Assembly: GCA_964016885.1 (NCBI GenBank)
Contig: OZ024741.1
Location: 46,314,001 to 46,378,000 of the forward strand
From: Eledone cirrhosa
Lineage: Eukaryota
Length of the DNA: 64,000 nt
Direction of reading: 5' to 3'
This document shows, piece after piece, positions 28,297-44,656 of the stretch. The notes under the pieces are model-generated. The model saw only the letters and a program-made list of their open reading frames with translations, was not told where the DNA came from and did no database searches. Position 1 is the first letter of the stretch. Each line of letters opens with the position of its first letter. A program made the translations under genes and the position numbers.

Positions 28297-28860
28297 GTGA
28301 GGGTTTTTTTTACAAAATGAAAAATAACCGAGGTGTCCTACACGAGTGAAAGTATAAAGAAAAAGAGATGAAATCGAAAATGCAACTGAAGTCTTATTTT
28401 TTTTAAAAATATATATATTTATTTGGTTCCTTTACCGGTTTCGCAGTTCTTCTGCTTTTCAAAAGGTGAGTTGAGATGAAGGGTCTGTGGTTTTTCTCAC
28501 ATCTGGTTGGTCTCTGAATGTTACTTGTTTTATATGGAAAAAGTGGCTCGAAATTCCAGGTTTTTCGAGAAGTAATTTGATTGGTTTGTCAATAATTATA
28601 ATAAATTTCGCGCCAGTTCGCGTTACAATAGTTCTTCAAATAAGAGAGGGGGTGGGGGGTTGTCACAGGTTGTTTTTTCATATATGAGTGTTTGAATTTC
28701 TTTTTACTTGAAAAGAGGAGGCTCACGAAGGCTTTTTTTTTTTTTTTTTTTTTTGGTTGGTTATAAATGAAATTTGGCTGTCACGTGAACAAGTTTTTAT
28801 TACATTTTTGCGCCCTTATTTGGAAAACTATTCTGAAGTCTTTATAGTGAATGTTATGAC
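28291..28860 (-). mobile_element. PLE family F6 3' fragment (right boundary approximate); palindromic relative at 53809-54165
   Basis: Starts at (TA)n. Hammerhead at 28429-28466(-): cctt TTGAAAA gcag aagaa ctgc GAAA ccgg TA aagg. Confidence 0.65.
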
Positions 28861-28861
28861 A

Positions 28862-29040
28862 TGGCAGTATCGGTAGAGGGTCGGACGCCATGCTTTCCAG
28901 CATAGTTACGTCCCTTTACGATCTGAGTTCAAATCCCGCCGAGGTTGACTTTGCCTTTCATCCTTACGGGGTCGATAAAATAAAGTACCAGTAATACACT
29001 GGGTATTTGCTGTCCTTGTGCCTAAAGTAGAAACAGTTAT
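28862..29040 (+). mobile_element. tRNA-derived SINE; partial copy at 29125-29207
   Basis: A and B boxes, with the same body as 12372-12554. Confidence 0.85.
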
Positions 29041-29350
29041 GACAATGGAGAGATAGTGGTCAAGAGAAAAGGAATTGGGAGAAATGTTCTGGTTCAGTGA
29101 ATATGGCCAGCTCGCCGGGGTGTCAGAGTTCAGGGGGTCGATAAAATAAAGTACCAGTAATGTACTGGGATAATCGCTGGCCTTGTACCAAAAGTAGAAA
29201 CTATTATTTATAGTGATCGGATGTTATTGCAGTCACTGTCTGTGTCTCGGACGATTATATTTTCACACTTCAAACACTTCCAGCACTTGGTTAATCATAA
29301 AATGTGTATATTTTTATGCCTGTATGTGTGTGTGCGTTAGTGTGTATGTC

Positions 29351-29384
<34 letters not shown>

Positions 29385-29389
<5 letters not shown>

Positions 29390-29643
29390 GTGTACATACC
29401 CCCGCACCTTCTTAACACACACGTGTGTATATAGGTGTTTATGTGTGTGTAAGTGTACATAGCTATGTACCTCCTTCAAATATATGTGTATATATATATG
29501 TCTGTGTATGTATATATGTGTGTGTACATACACCCATACCTCGTTAACACACACACATGTGTATATATATGTACGTGTATATATGTGTCTGTGTATGCGT
29601 GTGTATATGTGTACATACCACCGTACCTCCTTAACACGCACAC

Positions 29644-29708
<65 letters not shown>

Positions 29709-29902
29709 TGTCTTTGCATGTGTGTGTTCATACTCCTGTACCACCTAACACACATGTGTATATATATATGTATATGTCTGTCTGTGAATGTGTATGTGTG
29801 CATACTTCTGTACCTCCTAACACACGTGTATATATATAAATATGTATATGTCTGTCTGTATGTGTGTATGTACATACCTCTGTATATCCTAACACACATG
29901 TG

Positions 29903-29965
<63 letters not shown>

Positions 29966-30015
29966 CTTGTCTTTGAATGTGTGTGTATATACCTCTGTAC
30001 CACCTAACGCACATA
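29385..30015 (+). repeat. Degenerate minisatellite, core gtacatacc..tacctcctaacacac separated by TA/TG tracts
   Basis: The core recurs roughly nine times. Confidence 0.7.
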
Positions 30016-30298
30016 TATATATATGTATGTATATGTATATATGTATATGTATGTCTGTACGTGTGTGTGTCTATACATATGTGATAATCTTCTTTAGAGT
30101 TAGCGTGTTCCAACTTTCCCCTCATAAAGCTGGACATCAAACAAACAGAGAAAATACCGTTACTCAAATAATATCACCAATCCAATGTTCTCCTACCATC
30201 GTTGTAATACTACAGAGAGTAAGGTTAGTACTACAGTGGTGCATAATCTCAACTCTTTCTCCTGGAGCTGCCGCGAAAATATTAAAGCCTTTCGTAAG

Positions 30299-30345
<47 letters not shown>

Positions 30346-30479
30346 TGAAAAAGTATGGCCGAAACGGCTTGAGCTCTGCCGTCGAGGTCATACTTTTTCC
30401 TACTACCCACTCTACTACCCTAAGTATTGAGTACTCTGGTACGTTATGGTCCATCTGGTTCCTTACCACTATTCCTCCG

Positions 30480-30547
<68 letters not shown>

Positions 30548-30923
30548 TAAATAAACGAAAAATCAGTGATGCATCTGGACTGAGTTTATTGCGTGTTACA
30601 ATTGTTTCGCCGGCAGGTAGCTCGAGACATGATCACTGTATGGATCTGGCTGATTCTACGGCTGCAGGTTCCTTCAGACACATGCAATTCTTTCGGAGCA
30701 AATTTTCTCACTGGGGTCCTGTCATCAAAAAACACCTTCAAAAAACATCTTCCACGTAATATATGTATATATGTATAAACATATGTGTGCATATATATAT
30801 ACGTACACACACAAACACACGCAAAAACGCATACACATACATATACACAAACATATATATATATATATATATATGCATACACACACATATATATATATAC
30901 ATATATATATATGTGTGTGTATG

Positions 30924-30987
<64 letters not shown>

Positions 30988-31158
30988 ACTATGTATGTGT
31001 ATGCGTTTTTGCGTGTGTTTGTGTGTGTACGTATATATATGCACACATGTTTATACATATATACATATATTACGTACGTGATGTATGTGTGTGTCTGCAT
31101 GTGTGTGTGTGTCTGTATATGTGTGTGTGTGTGTGTGTGTGTATGTGTGTGAGTGTGT

Positions 31159-31191
<33 letters not shown>

Positions 31192-31471
31192 GTGGACAAT
31201 GTCCGTAACATGAAAGAGCTTATGGAGAACTATGTTAATTCGTTTTAGGTAGGAGACAGACATCACTATGACAGCCCAATCATGCCATAAAATATAATCT
31301 TAATTAATTCCACGTAATATGAAATGACATTAAACCATGCTATAAACCATGCTGTACGGAATGCTATAAACCATGTCTGCTGCTTCACCAGCATTCTTTA
31401 TGGAATCCGAATGAATGTAAAGGGCTTCCGTCAGTATTGACGAAGAACGTTTCAAGAAACAGCCTGCAAGT

Positions 31472-31917
31472 TACGAAAGTTCATAGGGTGAAAAGTTCAT
31501 AAGCCGACGAAGACCTTCTTATGGAATGAGGTTTACTTTTTCAACATAATCTATAGAAATAAACAAAGCAGTTATCAATAAGAAGAGTGGAAATTAATGC
31601 ATGCAAGATTTCACATCTCTAACATCACTCCTCCTTAGGCTGACCAATATACTCTCATGGAATGGCCAAATGAGGTTTATTTGTTCAATAGTCCATGGAA
31701 ATAAACAATGCAGTTATTGATAAGAAGAGTTGAAATTAATGTATGCAAGATTTCACAGCGCCAGCATCACTCCTTCATAGGCTGATCAAGATACTCTCAT
31801 GGAATGACCAAATGAGGTTTATTTTTTTAATAGTCCATGGAAAGAAACAAGGCAGTCATTAATAAGAAGAGTTGAAATTAATGTATGCAAGATTTCACAG
31901 CTCTAGCATCACTCATT
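31472..31917. mobile_element. Mariner-derived MITE with ~120 bp internal tandem units; relatives at 43315-43601, 49850-50221, 50787-51175
   Basis: Shared unit aagagttgaaattaatgcatgcaagatttcacagc. TIR-like tacgagg.tcg..tgaaaagttca / cttttcagccgaccctcgta with TA ends in the 49850 and 50787 copies. Confidence 0.75.
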
Positions 31918-32204
31918 CGAGCAAGTTATTCCATCGATTGAGCAACTGGAACATTCATCGTTAAAAAAAGTTGCTCTACTAGGAACATTTGATATCCTGC
32001 TCAAGATATCGATTCAATCATACGATTCAGACAGTAAAATCTCCACAGTCTTTACAATAAGCATGAAATAGAATAACACAACTTATAGAACATCAACTCT
32101 ACAAGATTAATACCTAATAAAATAACATAACATATACCCCTACTCAAGACCAATAACTCTTACAATCAATATTCTAGGCAGCTGCCACAAATTGATGCTA
32201 CATC

Positions 32205-35200
32205 ACACACCACACAACACGGAACCATACACAACACACCACACAACAAACATCACACACCACAGAACCTTACACCACACACCATACATTCCACGTCACA
32301 CACCACACACCACACATCCATCACACCACACACCACACACCACAAACCACACATCACACCACACACCACACACCACACACCACACACCACACACAAACAT
32401 CACACCACACACCACACACCACACACCACACACCACACACCACACATCACACCACACACCACACACCACACACCACACATCACACACCAGACATCACACA
32501 TCACACACCACACACCACACACCACACACCACACACCACACATCACACACCAGACATCACACATCACACACCACACACCACACACCACACACCACACATC
32601 ACACCACACACCACACCACATCACACACCAAATATCACACTACACACCACACACCACACCACACACCACACACCACACACCACACATCACACACAACACC
32701 ACACACCACACACCAGACATCACACATCACACACCACACACCACACACCACACACCACACATCACACCACACACCACACATCACACCACACACCACACCA
32801 CACACCACACACCAGACATCACACATCACACACCACACACCACACCACACACCACACACCACACACCACACCACACACCACACCACACACCACACACCAC
32901 ACACCACACCACACACCACACACCACATACCATAGTACACACCACACACCACACCACACTCACACCACACACCACACCACACCACACCACACCACACACC
33001 ACACACCACACACCACACACCACACACCACACCACACACCACACACCACACACCACACCACACTCACACCACAGAACTTTACACCACACACCACACAACA
33101 CACACCACACACCACACCACACACCACACACCACACACCACACTCACACCACACAACACACACCACACACCACACACCACACACCACACATCACACCACA
33201 CTCCACACACCACACACCACACACCACACACCACACACAAACATCACACCACACACCACACATCACACCACACACCACACACCACACATCACACACCACA
33301 CACCACACACCACATCACATCACACACCAAATATCACACTACACACCACACACCACACCACACTCCACACACCACACACCACACATTACACACCACACAT
33401 CACACACCACACACCACACACCAGACATCACACATCACACACCACACACCACACACCACACACCACACCACACACCACACATCACACCACACACCACACC
33501 ACACACCACACACCATACATCACACCACACACCACACATCACACCACACACCACACCACACACCACACACCAGACATCACACATCACACACCACACACCA
33601 CACCACACACCACATACCACACCACACACCACACACCACACACCACACCACACACCACACCACACACCACACACCACACACCACACCACATACCACACAC
33701 CACACCACACACCACACACCACACACCACACACCATAGCACACACCACACACCACACACCACACCACACTCACACCACACACCACACCACACCACACCAC
33801 ACACCACACACCACACCACACACCACACACCACACCACACACCACACACCACACCACACTCACACCACACACCACACCACACCACACCACACACCACACA
33901 CCACACCACACACCACACACCACACCACACACCACACACCACACACCACACCACACACCACACACCACACAACACACCACACACCACACACCATAGCACA
34001 CACCACACACCACACACCACACCACACTCACACCACACACCACACCACACCACACCACACCACACACCACACACCACACACCACACACCACACACCACAC
34101 CACAAACCACACACCACACCACACACCACACACCATACACCACACACCACACCACACCACACCACACACCACACACCACACACCACACACCACACCACAC
34201 CACACCACACACCACACACCACACACCACACACCACACACCACACCACACACCACACGCCACACCACACACCACACACCACACACCACACCACACTCACA
34301 CCACAGAACCTTACACCACACACCACACACCACACACCACACACCACACCACACACCACACACCACACACCACACTCACACCACACACCACACACCACAC
34401 ACCACACACCACACCACACACCACACCACACACCACACACCACACACCACACTCACACCACACACCACACACCACACACCACACACCACACACCACACAC
34501 CACACACCACACCACACACCACACGCCACACCACACACCACACACCACACCACACTCACACCACAGAACCTTACACCACACACCACACACCACACACCAC
34601 ACACCACACACCACACCACACACCACACACCACACACCACACCACACACCACACACCACACACCACACACCACACGCCACACCACACACCACACACCACA
34701 CCACATCACACCACACCACACACCACACACCACACCACACACCACACACCACACACCACACATCACACACCACACCACACACCACACACCAGACACCACA
34801 CACCACACACCACACACCACACCACACCACACCACACCACACACCACACACCACACACCACACACCACACACCACACCACACACCACACCACACCACACC
34901 ACACCACACCACACACCACACACCACACACCACACCACACACCACACCACACCACACCACACACCACACACCACACACCACACACCACACACCACACACC
35001 ACACCACACACCACACGAGACATCACACATCACATACCACACACCACACCACACCACACCACACACCACACACCACACTCACACCACACAACACACACCA
35101 CACACCACACACCACACACCACACATCACACCACACTCCACACACCACACACCACACACCACACACCACACACCACACACCACACATCACACACCAGACA

Positions 35201-37247
35201 TCACACCACACTCCACACACCACACACCACACACCACACACCACACACCACACCACACACCACACACCACACATCACACCACACTCCACACACCACACAC
35301 CACACACCACACACCACACATCACACCACACACCACACACCACACAGCACACACCACACTCACACCACACTCCACACACCACACACCACACACCACACAC
35401 CACACTCCACACACCACACTCACACCACACACCACACACCACACACCACACACCACACATCACACCACACACCACACACCACACACCACACCACACACCA
35501 CACACCACACAGCACACACCACACTCACACCACACTCCACACACCACACACCACACACCACACACCACACATCACACACCAGACATCACACACCACACAC
35601 CACACACCACACACCACACATCACACACCAGACATCACACCACACTCCACACACCACACACCACACACCACACACCACACACCACACCACACACCACACA
35701 CCACACACCACACACCACACACCACACCACACTCCACACACCACACACCACACACCACACACCACACACCACACCACACACCACACATCACACCACACTC
35801 CACACACCACACACCACACACCACACACCACACATCACACACCAGACATCACACCACACTCCACACACCACACACCACACACCACACACCACACACCACA
35901 CATCACACACCAGACATCACACCACACACCACACACCACACATCCATCACACCACACACCACGCACCACACACCACACATCACACCACACACCACACCAC
36001 ACCACACACCACACACCAGACATCACACCACGCACCACACACCACACATCACACCACACACCACACCACACCACACACCACACATCACACACCAGACATC
36101 ACACCACACTCCACACACCACACACCACACACCACACATCACACACCACACCACACACCACACACCACACACCACACCACACCACACTCACACCACACCA
36201 CACACCACACACCACACACCACACACCACACATCACACCACACACCACACCACACACCACACCCCACACACCACACTCACACCACACACCACACACCACA
36301 CACCACACACCACACACCACACACCACACCACACTCCACACACCACACACCACACACCACACACCACACACCACACCACACACCACACACCACACATCAC
36401 ACCACACTCCACACACCACACACCACACACCACACACCACACATCACACACCAGACATCACACCACACTCCACACACCACACACCACACACCACACACCA
36501 CACACCACACATCCATCACACCACACACCACGCACCACACACCACACATCACACCACACACCACACCACATCACACACCAAACATCACACTACACACCAC
36601 ACACCACACCACACACCACACACCACACACCACACATCACACACCACACCACACACCACACACCAGACACCACACACCACACACCACACATCACACCACA
36701 CACCACACATCACACCACACACCACACCACACACCACACCACACACCACACACCAGACATTACACATCACACACCACACACCACACCACACACCACATAC
36801 CACACCACACACCACACACCACACACCACACCACACACCACACCACACACCACACACCACACACCACACACCACACCACACTCACACCACAGAACCTTAC
36901 ACCACACACCAAACACCACACACCACACCACACACCACACCACACACCACATACCACACCACACACCACACACCACACACCACACATCACACCACACACC
37001 ACACATCACACCACACACCACATACCACACCACACACCACACACCACACACCACACCACACACCACACCACACACCACACACCACACACCACACACCACA
37101 CCACACTCACACCACAGAACCTTACACCACACACCACACACCACACACCACACCACACACCACACCACACACCACATACCACACCACACACCACACACCA
37201 CACACCACACATCACACCACACACCACACATCACACCACACAACACA
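32205..37247 (+). repeat. 5 kb strand-asymmetric (CACCA/CACCACA)n complex satellite
   Basis: Mix of 5-mers and 7-mers with recurrent marker variants (cacagaaccttacacc, ccagacatc, cactccac). Confidence 0.95.
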
Positions 37248-37249
37248 AC

Positions 37250-37789
37250 CTAGAAAACCCTATACGATAACTCCATGTCCACACGGGAAATCTACTCGGT
37301 ACCTATAAGACAGTTGGAATTGTTTGATCAGGCTTTTGAGGCTTTTGCAACCCACTCACCGTGCCTTTATCGACTACTCACACACAGTCACAGCGTGCGT
37401 CTAAAATACAGTTCTGGTTCCCAGTTAAATGTAACTAACGAGACGTTCCAAGAAAGGCTTTCAGATTCCGGGCGAAATCTGACTGTCCAAACCCATTCGG
37501 GGCATAGTCGGCAACAAATCTAAAAACAACACCTTCGTTATTGCTCACATCCAGAAACACCAACTTTCCGTCTGTAACTCGAGATTCAGGCCTCCCATCC
37601 CAGGCCAATTAAGAGATCCGTAGATCTCAAAGTCGTCAAAAATCGGGGCTAGTGCGTATCACATATCAGGATCACGTTGACGCTGTCACATCTACCGTAA
37701 ATGATCTGAGGTTGTTGAGAAAGCGACCTTGCTTCCAGGACTACCCAAACCACGTACATTTATGCTAATCCACTCTTAAATTTGCCATG
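37250..37789 (-). pseudogene. Old Tx1 ORF2 N-terminal (APE) remnant
   Basis: Aligns by eye with 2716-3329, for example gatctgaggttgttg..ccacgtacatt..tttgccatg. Confidence 0.7.
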
Positions 37790-38355
37790 CTAACCGGGAA
37801 GAGTTAAGAGACCGAAGCGGTGGGCTAATGCCTCCGCTACACTAGTTGGTGTTCCTTTCGGAACTCCTATAAAAGCCTACTGCTCAGTGCCGGATTTACC
37901 ATTGTGCTAAGGTGTGCTTAAGCACAGGGCCCCGTTGGCTAGTGGGAGGGGGACATCTTTCTTCCCCAAAAAATATTTTACTTTCTTCAGTTGTAGTTGT
38001 AGTTATGGCAGTGTTGGTGGTGCTGATGGTAATATCGGTGGTTGTGTTGACGGTTGTGGTGTTGGTGGGGTTGGTGTTGTAGATGTGCCAGTATTTATTA
38101 TGGATAAGTTTCGATCGGGTTGCAGCGACCACATATATAAAATCACCAAACCAACAAGTGACACGATGAACAAGAAGTCATTAAGCTATTCAATGCCTCT
38201 GAAATGCAGCATAATAGGAAATAAAATAGAGTTTAAAAAATAAAAGCCTTTTATTCACGTATATATATATATGTGCGTGTGTGTGCGTGTGTATATACAA
38301 ATATATTTATATCTATATCTATATCTATATCTATCTCTCTCTCTCTATATATATA

Positions 38356-38443
<88 letters not shown>

Positions 38444-38468
38444 ACATACATATATATTTATATACAAA

Positions 38469-38511
<43 letters not shown>

Positions 38512-39075
38512 GTATACTTATATATATGTATATATATATATATATATATATACATTTATATATAGGCACAATTCAATTGAATTTTCAAATGTAAATCTTT
38601 CTTTTCAGGATAGCCTAAACGGTAGAATGTTATAATAACAAATAACAAATAATTAAAGCAAGCTACGCTTTGATCTTCTGATCTGACGGGAAAATATTCT
38701 GAAATGAGAAATGTGTATAAATCCAGAAATATCTGCAACGTTTAGTTCAAAGAATTAATGGTTATTAAAAATATGTTAAACAATCCGCATGATTATAACA
38801 GAGAATTTCTATTATAAGTCATTCATTTGATCTTCAATGAATGTTATAATAGATTATAAGACTTACGTTACATATGCTATATCGGTAAATGTTGCTATTT
38901 TGCTTCAGTTGAACGTCAATGCTTGAGAAACAAATATGCATTGTGTTTTGTAATTATGATAGATTAAGTTATACATATACATACACACATAGATACATAC
39001 ACACATGTATATATACAAAGAGGACACAAACACTGACACACATACAGATACACACACATACAGATACACACACAC

Positions 39076-39181
<106 letters not shown>

Positions 39182-39363
39182 AGTAAGTAAGATCCCGACG
39201 GCTGAGCTCAAGCCGTTTCGACGGCTAATTCTGTATTAGCCGTCGAAACGGCTTGAGCTCAGCCGTCGGGGTCTTACTTACTCCTATTACCCACTCTACT
39301 ACCCTAAGTATTGAGTACTTTGGTGCGTTATGGTCCACCTTGTTCCTTACCACTTTTCCCTCG

Positions 39364-39430
<67 letters not shown>

Positions 39431-39432
<2 letters not shown>

Positions 39433-39964
39433 AAATAAAGTTAAATAAAAGTCAAATGATTAAAATTTAGCTTCGTTTATTACTGCTATATATATTTCAG
39501 TGACAGCCATCTTTGGCTGTGACCTCTTCAGGCAGTTTGAATTAGTAATCTATAGACAAGTACATATGTTGTTTAGGTGTATGATATTGTCAATACTCTG
39601 ATATGCCCAGTTCCTTGTTGGGTTGTTAATTCACTGGGGAACTGGAGTCATGTATGACTCCAGTTCCTCAGTGAATTAACAACCCAACAAGGAACTGGGC
39701 ATATCAGAGTATTGACAATATCATACACCTAAACAACATATGTACTTGTCTATACCATACTAATTCAAACTGCCTGAAGAGGTCACAGCCAAAGATGGCT
39801 GTCACTGAAATATATATAGCAGTAATAAACGAAGCTAAATTTTAATCATTTGACTTTTATTTAACTTTATTTTACACTACTCCGGAGTAACCAAACCAAC
39901 CTGCGCACTTCGTCGAGTGCTCCAGCCTGCATACTGAGGTGTTGGTATACAACCAACATAAACT

Positions 39965-39968
<4 letters not shown>
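39431..39968. mobile_element. PLE family F7, 222 bp-arm palindrome 39431-39874 plus 3' end
   Basis: Centre at 39652/39653, flanked by (TA)n, with a few arm mismatches. Confidence 0.75.
39769..39823 (+). ncRNA. Type I hammerhead ribozyme (F7); mirror copy at 39482-39536(-)
   Basis: actgc CTGAAGA ggtcacagcc aaagat ggctgtcact GAAA tatata TA gcagt. Confidence 0.82.
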
Positions 39969-40005
<37 letters not shown>

Positions 40006-40129
40006 GAAAAATGGAACGGGAACAATACAGAGAGACACACATACACACACACACATATACACACACACATATACATACACACATTCAAATACACACAGAC
40101 ACACATAGATACACACACCTCTCTGTTTT

Positions 40130-40200
<71 letters not shown>

Positions 40201-40463
40201 CTGTTTGTGTGTGTGTGTATACAGGAAGAGAAAGAGAGAAGAAGAAAGCAATACAGATAGATATAAATATAAATATAAGTGTATATTTATATATATATAT
40301 ATATATATATACATATATATATAAATATGTATAAAACATATATATATATATTTAGTTATATATATATATGTATATATAGATATATAGATATATATATATA
40401 CATATATATATATATATGCATATATATTTATTTATATATATATATATATGTATATATAGATAG

Positions 40464-40651
<188 letters not shown>

Positions 40652-41019
40652 TATATATATATATACAAGTTTAAAAGATGTATATAGTGAGAGGAGGAAA
40701 ATGCATGCATCTTTTGCGAATTTCCGATACACAGTATTTTATACACATAAATAAAGCAAATAATATTTAGGAAAATATATACTAAATTAGTACCACCTTA
40801 AAGTATGTATATTTTCCCACATATGACTTGCTCTATATATGTGTACAAAATATTATGTGTTTCGCAAAAGATATATGCCTTCTCCTCCTTTCTCTATATA
40901 TCTTTTAAACTTGTATGGTTGCTGCTCTGAACTAAGCTCCATTGAACTTATTATTGAGAAACATGATCGTTACATATTTAATATGAATCGATACCTTAAC
41001 ATAGTATATATATATAAGC

Positions 41020-41055
<36 letters not shown>

Positions 41056-41304
41056 GGGGGAGAGAGAGAGAGAGAGAGAGAGAGGGGGGAGAGAGAGAGA
41101 GAGAGAGAGAGAGAGGGGGAGAGAGAGAGTATTTAAGTATCGAGAGAGAGAAGAGATAGCAGGCGATACATATAGTTATTTGCCAATAGCATATGCAAAT
41201 GTGCTCAATACTTGTGACTGCAGTGTTAAATATTGGAAGTGTTAATATAGTAGCATAAGGAAAGTATATACTTTCAGACCTTCAATCATCTGACAGGATG
41301 GTAT

Positions 41305-41347
41305 ACGGTGCTGACGATAGCTAATAAGCTAGAAACTAGTACATCGT
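41305..41347 (+). ncRNA. Minimal type I hammerhead ribozyme (F9)
   Basis: acggtg CTGACGA tagct aata agcta GAAA ctag TA catcgt. Canonical core with palindromic stem III ACTAGT. Confidence 0.85.
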
Positions 41348-41569
41348 TCCTTTGTCAGTTTTGAACAAAAGGGCAACGATGGTTGCTAGACACTACGGCT
41401 TAATACGGGATGTTTGTTTACAAACAAACCGAGCATTATAATAAATGTTCGGTAAATCCATACGTACATATATATATGTGTGCATGTATGTATATACATA
41501 CTACTGTACGTCTGTATACATATATGTATGTACGTATACATACTTATATTTATATATATATATATATAT

Positions 41570-41665
<96 letters not shown>

Positions 41666-41714
41666 ATGTATGTATGTATATATATATATATATGTATGTA
41701 TATATATATATATG

Positions 41715-41779
<65 letters not shown>

Positions 41780-41989
41780 TCTTTTACTCTTTCACCTGTT
41801 CCAGCCGATATGTATTTTTATACGTTTTGAATTCACGTTAGATTTGTACAAGTGTTACAATACACAAGTATGTTTTCAAAGATATATCTATATATTTAAA
41901 ATATATATATATACATTCTTTTAGAAAATGTATTGATATACTTGTACGCAGTTATTAAACATCAAACCGATATGTCTCAGATCAGGTTA

Positions 41990-43150
41990 AACTTTATTGA
42001 TCGAAATAAAACCCATTAGAAACTTTATGTTTTTTTGTTAACAAATTTCATTATTCGAGTAACTCTGAAGTTCTGGAGGCGATGAATTCTTCGAAATCAA
42101 TTTTGCAGCCGTTTAGTTGTTGAAGACTTTTCCTTGCAAGAAGTTAATGGCAAGTTTGGAAAAGCTGTAGTTCGTTGGTGAAAGATGTGGTGAGTATGCT
42201 GAATAAGGCAGAGTTTCATAGCTCAATTTGTTCAACGAATTGAGTGTTGGTTATGCGATATGTGGTCGAGTTTTGTCATGTATGAGTACTGGACCTTTTC
42301 TATTGACTAATGCTGGACATTTTACGAACGAAAAATAAATTAGCCTTTTCTTTTGTTTGTTTATTTTTAATGAAGGTAAATTTGCACCTATTGTTTCATT
42401 TAAAACCTAATTAGGTTACTCACATCAACTGTTGATGACTTATAGAATGAACTCGGTAGATAATGAACACAACCACAAGGATATGGTCCGAACGTGGAAG
42501 AGCCGATCTCCCACTGTCATCGCCTCCATCTCTCTGCAATTATTTTGTATTCATTTCATCAATTGTGTTACAATACCTCAGGATTCAGAAAATCTGAAGT
42601 GAATTAATCTGGCTACGGACCATGAAGAAATCACTATAACCTTCTATCGATGCAACATTGGTTTAGTGAAGCGTTTAGGAGTTTCATCTTGGTACAACCA
42701 ATATCCTAAATGTTATTAGTTGTTGTATAGAGTCCTCTTTTCATTGCATGTCACAATGTGATCATGGGTCGGTCTTGTTGCGCAAAAGAAGTAAAGAGCA
42801 GATTTATAACGGCGGTTTTCTGGTCTTCATTCAATTCGAGTAGCACCCATTTTTCTATCTTCTTCCACTTTCCAATTCAAACGTTTAGAAATTGTTTCAA
42901 TCTAGCTCTCCTGCAATCTCTCGAATAGTTGTGCGAGAGTTTCCGCCAAAATCTTCAATTCATCATTGTCGCTAACAAGATGGACGTCTGCAACATTCTT
43001 CATCTTCAGGTTTTAATTAACTACGACAAACTTTTGAAAGCAACGTTGCACAGTGAATTCATTAACGCTTCCTTGGCTAAAGACTTCCTTGACGTTTCTT
43101 GCTATTCGTGCTAGAAATAAATTTGTCGAAAATCCTGTTTTGACATCATA
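41990..43150 (-). pseudogene. Mariner transposase remnant
   Basis: Minus-strand fragments EKWVLLEL (WVPHEL-like), IVTCNEK (VTGDEK-like) and YSPHLSPTNY..FLQGK (YSPDLAP-like). Confidence 0.8.
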
Positions 43151-43673
43151 ATTTTAAGGTTTTAAAAATTAACAAAAATTCGACTCATATTTAAAAAAAG
43201 ATTACGCAGAAAGAAAGAACATAAAATACGCTTGTGTAATTTTACACACCTTGCATGAGTTTTAATCTTTGAAAATGTTGAAAAAATTAAAAATATAAAA
43301 CCTGGATTAGTTTCTAAACACATAGTTTTCAACATAGTCCCTGGAAAGACAGAATGCAGTTATAAATAAGAAGAGTTGAAATTAATACATGCGAGATTTC
43401 ACAGCCCTAGCATCACTCATTCGTGGACTGACCAAGCTACTCTCATGCAATGACCAAATGAGGTTTATTTTTCAGCATAGTCCCTGAAAAGGAACAATGC
43501 AGTTATTGATAAGAAGAGTTGAAATTAATACATGTAAGATTTCACATCTCTAGCATCACTCCTTTATAGTCAGTCAATGAACTTTTCAGACTATCCTTGT
43601 ACATATATGTATGTAACACTGTGGACGTCTTTTGGGAATAAATCATTAAATAAGAAGAGAGTTGTTGTTGTTG

Positions 43674-43711
<38 letters not shown>

Positions 43712-43748
43712 GGTGGTGGTAGTGGTGGTAGTAGTGGTAGTAGTAGTG

Positions 43749-43811
<63 letters not shown>

Positions 43812-44106
43812 TAGTGTTTAAATGAATCAACATTGACTTTGGGGAGTCCGTTCCAGCATTATAAATCAATTAAATAAGCCAGGTTATATCTTTTTCTTTT
43901 CAATATATTTATTTTATCTTTTTATTACTTTCATCTTTTAATGTTTGTGTCTTTAATTCCGAATAATAAATTTAATACCATATTCCTAGTAACTGCCTCC
44001 ACAGACACTCTGGTCTTTTAACTAACTGGAGAATGTACACAGCTTCATATGATACAATATCTATTTATTCTCATATAAATACGTGTGTATATATATGTGT
44101 ATGTAG

Positions 44107-44236
<130 letters not shown>

Positions 44237-44609
44237 ATATATATATGTATTTATTTAAATATATATATATATTTGTGTGTGTGTATGTGTGTGTATGTAT
44301 TTATTTATATATTTATTTATATATATATATGAGTGTATATATTTATATATATATGTGTGTGTATAAATATGTATTTATATATATATGTATATATATATGT
44401 GTGTGTGTCTGTATATATATAAATATGCATTTATTTATATATATATATATATATATATGAGTGTGTGTGTATATATATAAATATGTATTTACATATATAT
44501 ATATGTATATATATAAATATGAATTTACTTATATATATGTGTAAATATATATATGTGTGTGTATGTACGTATATATATAAATATGTATTTATTTAAATAT
44601 ATATATATT

Positions 44610-44656
<47 letters not shown>

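Noticed and set aside
31920-32060. Possible RLE LINE C-terminus (KKVALLGT..IL)
   Set aside because: Only one short motif, too degenerate to annotate.
32205-37247. True telomere or yeast-type TG1-3 tract
   Set aside because: Interstitial, lacks TTAGGG units and regular CCC runs, and is flanked by ordinary repeats.
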